Below are positions 1 through 10,957 of a stretch of 64,000 bases of DNA, in pieces (the stretch's first letter is position 1; the number at the start of each line of letters is the position of its first letter). The notes beneath the pieces were generated by a model. That model made no database searches. It worked only from the letters and a program-made list of their open reading frames with translations, and was not told the origin of the DNA. The stretch lies in contig CDROCS010000318.1 of NCBI GenBank assembly GCA_977020255.1, forward strand, positions 248,001 to 312,000, given 5' to 3'. The translations under genes and the position numbers were made by a program. The DNA is from Obrimoposthia wandeli (lineage: Eukaryota).

Positions 1-420
1 ATTTTTTTTTAAAAGTGGAAGCAATTTGAAATGTTTGAACAAAATCCTTTGGAGAAAATTCTGAAATGTTTGAAATAAATTCAGATAAGCATAAAGTCAA
101 TGAGAGTTAATAGCATAATTTTAAGCTCTGTTAGATTCATCAGTAACTTTCTTTTACAGGAATAATACGCTCATGTTCAATTATTGTGGCCATTGTTGTG
201 ATTTTTGAAATGTTTGTTTGTTAATTAACCACTCTGACTAATCAAAGGGTTTCGTCAGTAAATGTGTTTAATTGAAGTACAGACATGTCTGGTTGTCTGA
301 TTTGAAATTGGAATCAGTCAATCGTGTTGATATGTGCGTGTTGTTTTAACCAATTGCACATCGTGATTTGTAACTACACGCTCGTGGTGTACCCGTAAGT
401 GCTATATAATAGCAGTAGGT

Positions 421-659
421 GGAAGGATGGAGTCTAGACCAATTTACCCCCCATACTAAAGGGTGTCACTCCATAAGGATGTCACACCATAAAAGGTGTC
501 TTGCCACACCATAAGGGTATATGTTGCCTCACCTCTGGTGAGGCAACATATACCCTTATGGTGTGGCAAGACACCTTTTATGGTGTGACACCCTTATGGT
601 GTGACACCCTTTAGAGGGAGGGGGATGGGGGGGTAAATTGATCTAGACTCCATCCTTCC
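421..659. repeat. Terminal palindrome/hairpin, left (239 nt)
   Basis: 481-533 and 537-589 form a perfect 53-bp stem with a TCT loop. It extends to 456-614 with 2 mismatches. After a G-rich bulge, 421-451 pairs with ~629-659 (1 mismatch). Confidence 0.92.
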
Positions 660-699
660 TTGATATACTACTATGGTCGTCCATAGTTTAAAGGGTCAA

Positions 700-1075
700 T
701 TGGCTTAGTCTCCACCCTTCTTTTTGAGATATACCACTATGAAAGGGTCAATTGGCTTAGTCTCCACCCTTCTTTTAGTGGTCTAGTCTCCACCCATCTT
801 TTTGTGGTCTAGTCTCCACCCATCTTTTTGTGGTCTAGTCTCCACCCTTCTTTTAGTGATCTAGTCTCCACCCTTCTTTTAGTGATCTAGTCTCCACCCA
901 TCTTTTTGTGGTCTAGTCTCCACCCTTATTTTTGGTTAACCACTAATTCAAAGGATCAAGTGGCTTAGTCTCCACCCATCTCTTGTGGTCTAGTCTCCAC
1001 CCTTATTTTTGGTTAACCACTAATTCAAAGGATCAAGTGGCTTAGTCTCCACCCTTCTTTTTTGTGATCTAGTCC
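700..1075 (+). repeat. 26-bp subterminal repeat (core GTCTCCACCC), 11 copies
   Basis: Core at 708, 760, 786, 812, 838, 864, 890, 916, 968, 993 and 1045. Confidence 0.9.
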
Positions 1076-1596
1076 ATAATGAAAATTTATGATAAAGTTC
1101 ACACTTAACAATTAAGAATATATGACGTAATCATACACACACTATTTTATGTGAAAATCAAGGCTAAAGTTCACTCTTATCAGTTAAGGAATGTGGTTTT
1201 TAACACACACACTATTCTATGTGAAAGTTTAGATCAAATTATTTTCCTAGGTTTTCACATTTATAGAATTATGATAAAATTTCTTTAAATAACTTCAATT
1301 ATATATTAAAATAAAAATAAAATAAGAAAGAAGTCAGAGAATAATACAAAATTAAACACATTTATTATGTAATTTCATAATATCATCTTCAAACTTAAGT
1401 GAATAACATTTACAAAGTAAGAAAGTCCATTCTTTATACATTCTTTTCGTTTCAACGACTAAGTTACAACAGTATTAATAGAAAATTAGTAAAAATATTA
1501 ATTTATTTTGAATATTTGAATGTGAGTTTGAATAAATGAGAGGTAGAATGAATGTAAATGAATAAAATTATGCATGCAAGTATGAATGTCATTTAC

Positions 1597-2546
1597 AAGT
1601 AAGAGGGTTTAGCAAGTGAATGTAATTTTAAAAATAAGAGTGTCGATAGTTTGATTGAATGCAAGTGTAATTTAGACTATAAGTAAATTAAAATAGAGTT
1701 TTTGTTGAATAAATTATAGTTAGATTGAATGCAAGTATGACGAGCAAGTGATTGATAGTTTGAATTTTCAATACAAGTAAGTGGGTTTAGCAAGTGAATG
1801 TAATTTTAAAAAATAAGAGTGTCGATAGTTTGATTGAATGCAAGTGTAATTTAGACTATAAGTAAATTAAAATAGAGTTTTTGTTGAATAAATTATAGTT
1901 AGATTGAATGCAAGTATGACGAGCAAGTGATTGATAGTTTGAATTTTCAATACAAGTAAGTGGGTTTAGCAAGTGAATGTAATTTTAAAAATAAGAGTGT
2001 CGATAGTTTGATTGAATGCAAGTGTAATTTAGACTATAAGTAAATTAAAATAGAGTTTTTGTTGAATAAATTATAGTTAGATTGAATGCAAGTATGACGA
2101 GCAAGTGATTGATAGTTTGAATTTTCAATACAAGTAAGTGGGTTTAGCAAGTGAATGTAATTTTAAAAATAAGAGTGTCGATAGTTTGATTGAATGCAAG
2201 TGTAATTTAGACTATAAGTAAATTAAAATAGAGTTTTTGTTGAATAAATTATAGTTAGATTGAATGCAAGTATGACGAGCAAGTGATTGTTAGTTTGAAT
2301 TTTCAATACAAGTAAGTGGGTTTAGCAAGTGAATGTAATTTTAAAAATAAGAGTGTCGATAGTTTGATTGAATGCAAGTGTAATTTAGACTATAAGTAAA
2401 TTAAAATAGAGTTTTTGTTGAATAAATTATAGTTAGATTGAATGCAAGTATGACGAGCAAGTGATTGATAGTTTGAATTTTCAATACAAGTAAGTGGGTT
2501 TAGCAAGTGAATGTAATTTTAAAAATAAGAGTGTCGATAGTTTGAT
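1597..2546 (+). repeat. 178-bp satellite, 5 full units (left arm)
   Basis: Marker TGTCGATAG at 1641, 1820, 1998, 2176, 2354 and 2532. Confidence 0.95.
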
Positions 2547-2842
2547 TTTTTAAATTACTTGATATTTTTTTTGCCATTGTCCGTTTAATATAATATGAAT
2601 ATTCAATTTATTTCTTCAAAAATTCATTTTATATGTTAAATAATATTCTTTATCACATTATTGTGGTTTTTATCAAGTGATTTTAACCTTAAACTATAAA
2701 AATATTTTAATTATAAAGTTAGTTGCTGTACCCCGCCCACTGCATATAACATAAATTTCAAATATAAAGTACTATTAAGTTATTATTTCGAATAGTAAAT
2801 GTTTTTTCGAGTTATTTAATTTTGTTTACTAGACATTCGAAA

Positions 2843-5800
2843 ATTTACTTGTAAACTACAATATTTATTTGTTGTTGTATATATTTAGTTTAAAATGGTG
2901 TAAGTTATTACTTTAATATAATTTACAACCAAAACTTCAAATAGTTTACTTGTAAACTACAATATTTATTTGTTGTTGTATATATTTAGTTTAAAATGTT
3001 GTAAGTTATTACTTTAATATAATTTTCAACAAAAACTTCAAGTAGTTTACTTATTAAACATAAGTTTAATGTTTTGTACAATAAATTGACTTGTAAACAT
3101 AATTTATTTTGATATATTTTCAATTTAAAATGTTGTAAGTTATTACTTTAATATAATTTACAACAAAAACTTCAAGTAGTTTAAAATGTTACACAATAAA
3201 ATGTTTATTTGTAAGTTATTACTTTAATATAATTTTCAACAAAAAATTCAAGTAGTTTACTTATTAAACATAAGTTTAATGTTTTGTACAATAAATTGAC
3301 TTGTAAACATAATTTATTTTGATATATTTTCAATTTAATATGTTGTAAGTTATTACTTTAATATAATTTACAACAAAAACTTCAAGTAGTTTACTTATTA
3401 AACATAAGTTTAATGTTTTGTACAATAAATTGACTTGTAAACATAATTTATTTTGATATATTTTCAATTTAATATGTTGTAAGTTATTACTTTAATATAA
3501 TTTACAACAAAAACTTCAAGTAATTTACTTGTAAACTACAATATTTATTTGTTGTTGTATATATTTAGTTTAAAATGTTGTAAGTTATTACTTTAATATA
3601 ATTTTCAACAAAAACTTCAAGTAGTTTACTTATTAAACATAAGTTTAATGTTTTGTACAATAAATTGACTTGTAAACATAATTTATTTTGATATATTTTC
3701 AATTTAATATGTTGTAAGTTATTACTTTAATATAATTTACAACAAAAACTTCAAGTAGTTTACTTATTAAACATAAGTTTAATGTTTTGTACAATAAATT
3801 GACTTGTAAACATAATTTATTTTGATATATTTTCAATTTAATATGTTGTAAGTTATTACTTTAATATAATTTACAAAAAAAACTTCAAGTAATTTACTTG
3901 TAAACTACAATATTTATTTGTTGTTGTATATATTTAGTTTAAAATGTTGTAAGTTATTACTTTAATATAATTTTCAACAAAAAAACTTCAAGTAGTTTAC
4001 TTATTAAACATAAGTTTAATGTTTTGTACAATAAATTGACTTGTAAACATAATTTATTTTGATATATTTTCAATTTAATATGTTGTAAGTTATTACTTTA
4101 ATATAATTTACAACAAAAACTTCAAGTAGTTTACTTATTAAACATAAGTTTAATGTTTTGTACAATAAATTGACTTGTAAACATAATTTATTTTGATATA
4201 TTTTCAATTTAATATGTTGTAAGTTATTACTTTAATATAATTTACAACAAAAACTTCAAGTAATTTACTTGTAAACTACAATATTTATTTGTTGTTGTAT
4301 ATATTTAGTTTAAAATGTTGTAAGTTATTACTTTAATATAATTTTCAACAAAAACTTCAAGTAATTTACTTGTAAACTACAATATTTATTTGTTGTTGTA
4401 TATATTTAGTTTAAAATGTTGTAAGTTATTACTTTAATATAATTTTCAACAAAAATTTCAAGTAGTTTACTTATTAAACATAAGTTTAATGTTTGTACAA
4501 TAAATTGACTTGTAAACATAATTTATTTTTGATATATTTTCAATTTAATATGTTGTAAGTTATTACTTTAATATAATTTACAACAAAAACTTCAAGTAGT
4601 TTACTTATTAAACATAAGTTTAATGTTTTGTACAATAAATTGACTTGTAAACATAATTTATTTTGATATATTTTTAATTTAATATGTTGTAAGTTATTAC
4701 TTTAATATAATTTACAACAAAAACTTCAAGTAGTTTACTTATTAAACATAAGTTTAATGTTTTGTACAATAAATTGACTTGTAAACATAATTTATTTTGA
4801 TATATTTTCAATTTAATATGTTGTAAGTTATTACTTTAATATAATTTACAACAAAAACTTCAAGTAATTTACTTGTAAACTACAATATTTATTTGTTGTT
4901 GTATATATTTAGTTTAAAATGTTGTTAGTTATTACTTTAATATAATTTTCAACAAAAACTTCGAGTAGTTTACTTATTAAACATAAGTTTAATGTTTTGT
5001 ACAATAAATTGACTTGTTAACATAATATATTTATGCATATATTAACTTTAATATGTTGTAACTTATTACTTTAATATAATTTTCAACAAAAACTTCAAGT
5101 AGTTTACTTATTAATCATAAGTTTAATGTTTTGTACAATAATTTGACTTGTAAACATAATATATTTATGCATATATTAACTTTAATATGTTGTAACTTAT
5201 TACTTTAATATAATTTTCAACAAAAACTTCAAGTAGTTTACTTATTAATCATAAGTTTAATGTTTTGTACAATAAATTGACTTGTAAACATAATTTATTT
5301 TTGATATATTTTCAATTTAATATGTTGTAAGTTATTACTTTAATATAATTTACAACAAAAACTTCAAGTAGTTTACTTATTAAACATAAGTTTAATGTTT
5401 TGTACAATAAATTGACTTGTAAACATAATTTATTTTGATATATTTTCAATTTAATATGTTGTAAGTTATTACTTTAATATAATTTACAACAAAAACTTCA
5501 AGTAGTTTACTTATTAAACATAAGTTTACTTATTAAACATAAGTTTAATGTTTTGTACAATAAATTGACTTGTAAACATAATTTATTTTGATATATTTTC
5601 AATTTAATATGTTGTAAGTTATTACTTTAATATAATTTACAACAAAAACTTCAAGTAATTTACTTGTAAACTACAATATTTATTTGTTGTTGTATATATT
5701 TAGTTTAAAATGTTGTAAGTTATTACTTTAATATAATTTTCAACAAAAACTTCTAGTAATTTACTTGTAAACTACAATATTTATTTGTTGTTGTATATAT

Positions 5801-8157
5801 TTAGTTTAAAATGTTGTAAGTTATTACTTTAATATAATTTTCAACAAAAATTTCAAGTAGTTTACTTATTAAACATAAGTTTAATGTTTTGTACAATAAA
5901 TTGACTTGTAAACATAATTTATTTTTGATATATTTTCAATTTAATATGTTGTAAGTTATTACTTTAATATAATTTACAACAAAAACTTCAAGTAGTTTAC
6001 TTATTAAACATAAGTTTAATGTTTTGTACAATAAATTGACTTGTAAACATAATTTATTTTGATATATTTTCCATTTAATATGTTGTAAGTTATTACTTTA
6101 ATATAATTTACAACAAAAACTTCAAGTAGTTTACTTATTAAACATAAGTTTAATGTTTTGTACAATAAATTGACTTGTAAACATAATTTATTTTGATATA
6201 TTTTCAATTTAATATGTTGTAAGTTATTACTTTAATATAATTTACAACAAAAACTTCAAGTAATTTACTTGTAAACTACAATATTTATTTGTTGTTGTAT
6301 ATATTTAGTTTAAAATGTTGTTAGTTATTACTTTAATATAATTTTCAACAAAAACTTCGAGTAGTTTACTTATTAAACATAAGTTTAATGTTTTGTACAA
6401 TAAATTGACTTGTTAACATAATATATTTATGCATATATTAACTTTAATATGTTGTAACTTATTACTTTAATATAATTTTCAACAAAAACTTCAAGTAGTT
6501 TACTTATTAATCATAAGTTTAATGTTTTGTACAATAATTTGACTTGTAAACATAATATATTTATGCATATATTAACTTTAATATGTTGTAACTTATTACT
6601 TTAATATAATTTTCAACAAAAAACTTCAAGTAGTTTACTTATTAATCATAAGTTTAATGTTTTGTACAATAAATTGACTTGTAAACATAATTTATTTTTG
6701 ATATATTTTCAATTTAATATGTTGTAAGTTATTACTTTAATATAATTTACAACAAAAACTTCAAGTAGTTTACTTATTAAACATAAGTTTAATGTTTTGT
6801 ACAATAAATTGACTTGTAAACATAATTTATTTTGATATATTTTCAATTTAATATGTTGTAAGTTATTACTTTAATATAATTTACAACAAAAACTTCAAGT
6901 AATTTACTTGTAAACTACAATATTTATTTGTTGTTGTATATATTTATATATATTTAGTTTAAAATGTTGTAAGTTATTACTTTAATATAATTTTCAACAA
7001 AAACTTCAAGTAGTTTACTTATTAAACATAAGTTTAATGTTTTGTACAATAAATTGACTTGTAAACATAATTTATTTTGATATATTTTCAATTTAATATG
7101 TTGTAAGTTATTACTTTAATATAATTTACAACAAAAACTTCAAGTAATTTACTTGTAAACTACAATATTTATTTGTTGTTGTATATATTTAGTTTAAAAT
7201 GTTGTAAGTTATTACTTTAATATAATTTTCAACAAAAACTTCAAGTAGTTTACTTATTAATCATAAGTTTAATGATTTGATCAATAAATTGACTTGTAAA
7301 CATAATATAATTTGCATATTTTCAATTTAACACGTTGTAAGTTATTACTATAATATAACATTACAAAAAAAGTAATTAAACATAAGTTTACTGTTTTGTA
7401 AATAAATGACTTGTAAACATAATATATTTATACATATATTCACTTTAAAATGTTGTAAGTTATTACTTTAATATAATTTTCAACAAAAAAAAAAAAACTT
7501 CAAGTAGTTTACTTATTAAACATAAGTTTAATGTTTTGTACAATAAATTGACTTGTAAACATAATTTATTTTGATATATTTTCAATTTAATATGTTGTAA
7601 GTTATTACTTTAATATAATTTACAACAAAAACTTCAAGTAATTTACTTGTAAACTACAATATTTATTTGTTGTTGTATATATTCAGTTTAAAATGTTGTA
7701 AGTTATTACTTTAATATAATTTTCAACAAAAATTTCAAGTAGTTTACTTATTAATCATAATATTAATGATTGATCAATAAATTGACTTGTAAACATAATA
7801 TAATTTGCATATTTTCAATTTAACACGTTGTAAGTTATTACTATAATATTACATTACATAAAAAAGTAATTGATAGTTTACTATCGTTTACAATAAATTG
7901 ACTTGTAAACATAATATATTTATGCATATATTCACTTTAATATGTTGTAAGTTATTACTTTATTATAATTTTCAACAAAAACTTCAAGTAGTTTACTTAT
8001 TAAACATAAGTTTAATGTTTTGTACAATAAATTGACTTGTAAACATAATTTATTTTGATATATTTTCAATTTAATATGTTGTAAGTTATTACTTTAATAT
8101 AATTTACAACAAAAACTTCAAGTAATTTACTTGTAAACTACAATATTTATTTGTTGT

Positions 8158-8201
<44 letters not shown>

Positions 8202-8243
8202 GTTTAAAATGTTGTAAGTTAATACTTTAATATAATTTACAAA
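2843..8243 (+). repeat. AT-rich composite satellite (134-bp A units and 101-bp B units plus variants; about 40-45 units) with higher-order structure
   Basis: Units share the core ATGTTGTAAGTTATTACTTTAATATAATTT(T/A)CAACAAAAACTTCAAGTA. A: 3371 to 3505 = 134 bp; B: 3505 to 3606 = 101 bp. A (TA)n tract at ~8161-8198 lies in the last unit. Confidence 0.93.
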
Positions 8244-8823
8244 TATCGTAACAACCAAGTTAACTTACCAGATAACTGTGTAGTTAAGGTAATTTATCAT
8301 TTAGTCTGAAACAATGAATACCAAATCGCCTACAATGCATGTGTTGGGGTTTCTATACGAAACTTGGTATAGAGCCTCTTGAATGCGCGGAGGGCCCCAA
8401 CGTGAGTTCGATTAGAAGCAGGTCTTAAAGTTGGTCGTGGCCTACTTAGTGTTATGGTTGCCTAATCTCTTGTGCTATCTGAAGGTATTTGATTTGATGT
8501 CTCTTAGTCTGAAGGGTGTAAAAACAACTTGTTCTAATGTAGGAAATTGTTTATTCGTAATTCACGTAACTAACACAACAATACGTTTATGTACGTATTT
8601 CTAAAAAGTATGATAAAATTCCTAAAGGACTTCTGTAAGTCTCTACAAGAAGTGGGGATGAACCACGTATCGATTTTACGTTCAGGTGATTAAGTTTTTT
8701 AGGTTTAGTCTTCTTACTCAGGTTGGTTAATCTATAACGCAACTCTCTTAAATTTCTTCGCTCCTACTTCTTATCTCTAGATAATGTTTCTTGGTTCCTT
8801 AACTCTATCTGTGTGTGTTTGAC

Positions 8824-9258
8824 CCGAATTGTCTACTGTAAACAATGGGTCTCCTAAAAACCTAATTGTCAAGATGACAATGAAAACTTACTCCTAATTG
8901 TCAACTACGGACAATGAACGAACCGAATTGTCAGCTAGGGACAATGAGTCTTACCGAATTGTCTACTAGGGACAATGAGTATTTATCCGAATTGTCAACT
9001 AGGGACAATGAATGAACCTAATTGTCAGCTAGGGACAATGAATCTTACGGTAAAAAGTCTGGGTATGATTCCTAATTGTCGCTGGGGACAATGAATAAAT
9101 GTCAGATCTTAATTACCAACTAGGGGCAATGATTTTGTTAAAGAGTCGGATTGTCCTAATTGCCAGCTAGGGGCAATGAATTTGTGTATTAGTTTAAAAT
9201 GTAGAATTACCAACAAGGGGTAATGACAGTATCCTAATTGCCAACTAGGGGCAATGAA
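8824..9258. repeat. Array of 12 spaced palindromic motifs CC(G/T)AATTGTC-N7-GACAATGA with variable spacers
   Basis: Left arms start at 8828, 8865, 8897, 8927, 8958, 8991, 9021, 9075, 9112, 9159, 9206 and 9237. The loop is mostly 7 nt (A(A/G)CTAGG). Confidence 0.9.
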
Positions 9259-9471
9259 TAGTCTAGTTGGTGTTCTTACCAGTTACGGCAACTAGTGGGA
9301 CGTCCGATGCAGATCCGTAGGTTTTCCGGAATCCTCTTCGAAACAGAGATTGTCCCTTGCGTGAGGCTTGAGTACACGCTTGACCTGACCTTTGGATACT
9401 GGACAATTATTTTTTATTCAGATACTGAACAACTATTCTTTATTTACCTCGAATGCACTTCGGCTTGGTTT

Positions 9472-9774
9472 TTCTGGACACGTGGCCTTTTGGATAACAA
9501 TTATTGGACACTTGGCTTTTGGATAACGATTATTGGACACTTGGCTTTTTGGATAACGATTATTGGACACTTGGCTTTTCGGTTAACGATTATTGGACAC
9601 TGGGCTTTTCGGTTAACGATTATTGGACACTTGGCTTTTTGGTTAACGATTATTGGACACTTGGCTTTTTGGTTAACGATTATTGGACACTTGGCTTTTT
9701 GGTTAACGATTATTGGACACTTGGCTTTTTGGTTAACGATTATTGGACACTTGGCTTTTTGGTTAACGATTATT
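9472..9774 (+). repeat. 30-bp tandem repeat (TATTGGACACTTGGCTTTTTGGTTAACGAT), about 10 copies
   Basis: TATTGGACAC at 9502, 9531, 9561, 9591, 9621, 9651, 9681, 9711 and 9741, plus a degenerate copy near 9472. Confidence 0.95.
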
Positions 9775-9837
9775 CAATTTATCTAAAAACAAATTAATAC
9801 GGTCCAAAACCACCAAAAATTTACCGTTGTTCTCCGC

Positions 9838-10006
9838 CTAGTTGATTGCTCGTCCAGTTGATTGCTCGTAGTATTTTTATTTGTGACTTGTTGCTCTTTG
9901 GTTCTCCTTATATAAAGGCACTGTACGTCAATCAATTGACGGCTGCTTGACGATTTGGTTCGGCGATATCGGAGAGGCAAAATGGAATGTCAATCAATTG
10001 ACAGCT
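9838..10006. promoter_or_regulatory. Putative promoter or control region of the element
   Basis: Contains AGTTGATTGCTCG twice, a TATA-like TATATAAAG near 9909, and the palindrome GTCAATCAATTGAC twice (~9927, ~9990). Function is inferred only. Confidence 0.3.
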
Positions 10007-10957
10007 GGAATTGAAATTAGTCTATTGCACGAAAAAGTGCTTACCTTCTTGAATCCTTGATTGACGTGTTTAATTAACCGTTTTTTCTTAATTACTTCTA
10101 AATTGTCCCTTTTGGGTTAATTAATTTAACTTTTATACATTTTCGCATAATACACGACCTTCGTGGTCCTCCTAATTTTTACCCTAAATTCCACTAATTT
10201 TAATTCTAAAACTAAAATTAATATTTTAATCTAATTTTCAACCTTGCTTTCAAGGATTTTTATTTTAGTATTTAATCGACTAAAATATTTAATTTTCTTA
10301 ATTCTCAACCTTAACACATGTATAATTTAATTGTCAACTACAGTAAACTATAATTACTCTTTGTGTACAGTAATAATTTCCAATATATTAAAGTAAACAT
10401 TTACAAAATATAATCTGTTTACAAGTCAATTTATCATACAAATCCTTAAATTATGATTAATAAGTAAACTACTTGAAGTTTATTGTTGTAAATATATTAT
10501 GTTTACAAGTCAATTTATCGTACAAATCATTAATATTATGATTATTAAGTAAACTATTTGAAGTTTTGGTTGTAAATTATATTAAAGTAATAACTTACAA
10601 CATTTTAAACTAAATATATACAACAACAAATAAATATTGTAGTTTACAAGTAAATTTTCGAATGTCTAGTAAACAAAATTAAATAACTCGAAAAAACATT
10701 TACTATTCGAAATAATAAACTTAATAGTACTTTATATTTGAAATTTATGTTATATGCAGTGGGCGGGGTACAGCAACTAACTTTATAATTAAAATATTTT
10801 TATAGTTTAAGGTTAAAATCACTTGATAAAAACCACAATAATGTGATAAAGAATATTATTTAACATATAAAATGAATTTTTGAAGAAATAAATTGAATAT
10901 TCATATTATATTAAACGGGCAATGGCAAAAAAAAAATCAAGTAATTTAAAAAAAAAT

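Larger units (their letters stand above)
414..2950 (+). repeat. Left terminal inverted repeat (~2.5 kb)
   Basis: Reverse complement of ~10551-14306, including the unique AT-rich spacers (e.g. CTGTACCCCGCCCACTGC near 2726 vs GCAGTGGGCGGGGTACAG near 10757). Only scattered substitutions are seen. Confidence 0.92.

Noticed and set aside
6016-6207. 63-aa ORF
   Set aside because: Lies inside the AT-rich satellite; a by-product of the repeat.
8364-8415. tRNA-like A box (TGGTATAGAG) and B box (GAGTTCGATT), possibly a Pol III/VA-like RNA
   Set aside because: No cloverleaf could be drawn and the B box lacks the final conserved C. tRNAscan-SE would be needed.
8588-8834. Basic, nearly open minus-strand frame (…RELRYRLTNLSKKTKPKK…) in the element core
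   Set aside because: No start codon, one internal stop and no recognisable family.
8824-9258. CRISPR array call for the palindromic repeat-spacer array
   Set aside because: Eukaryotic context, no cas genes, spacers too short and irregular (~5-30 nt), and the repeats drift along the array. Kept as a finding, not as CRISPR.
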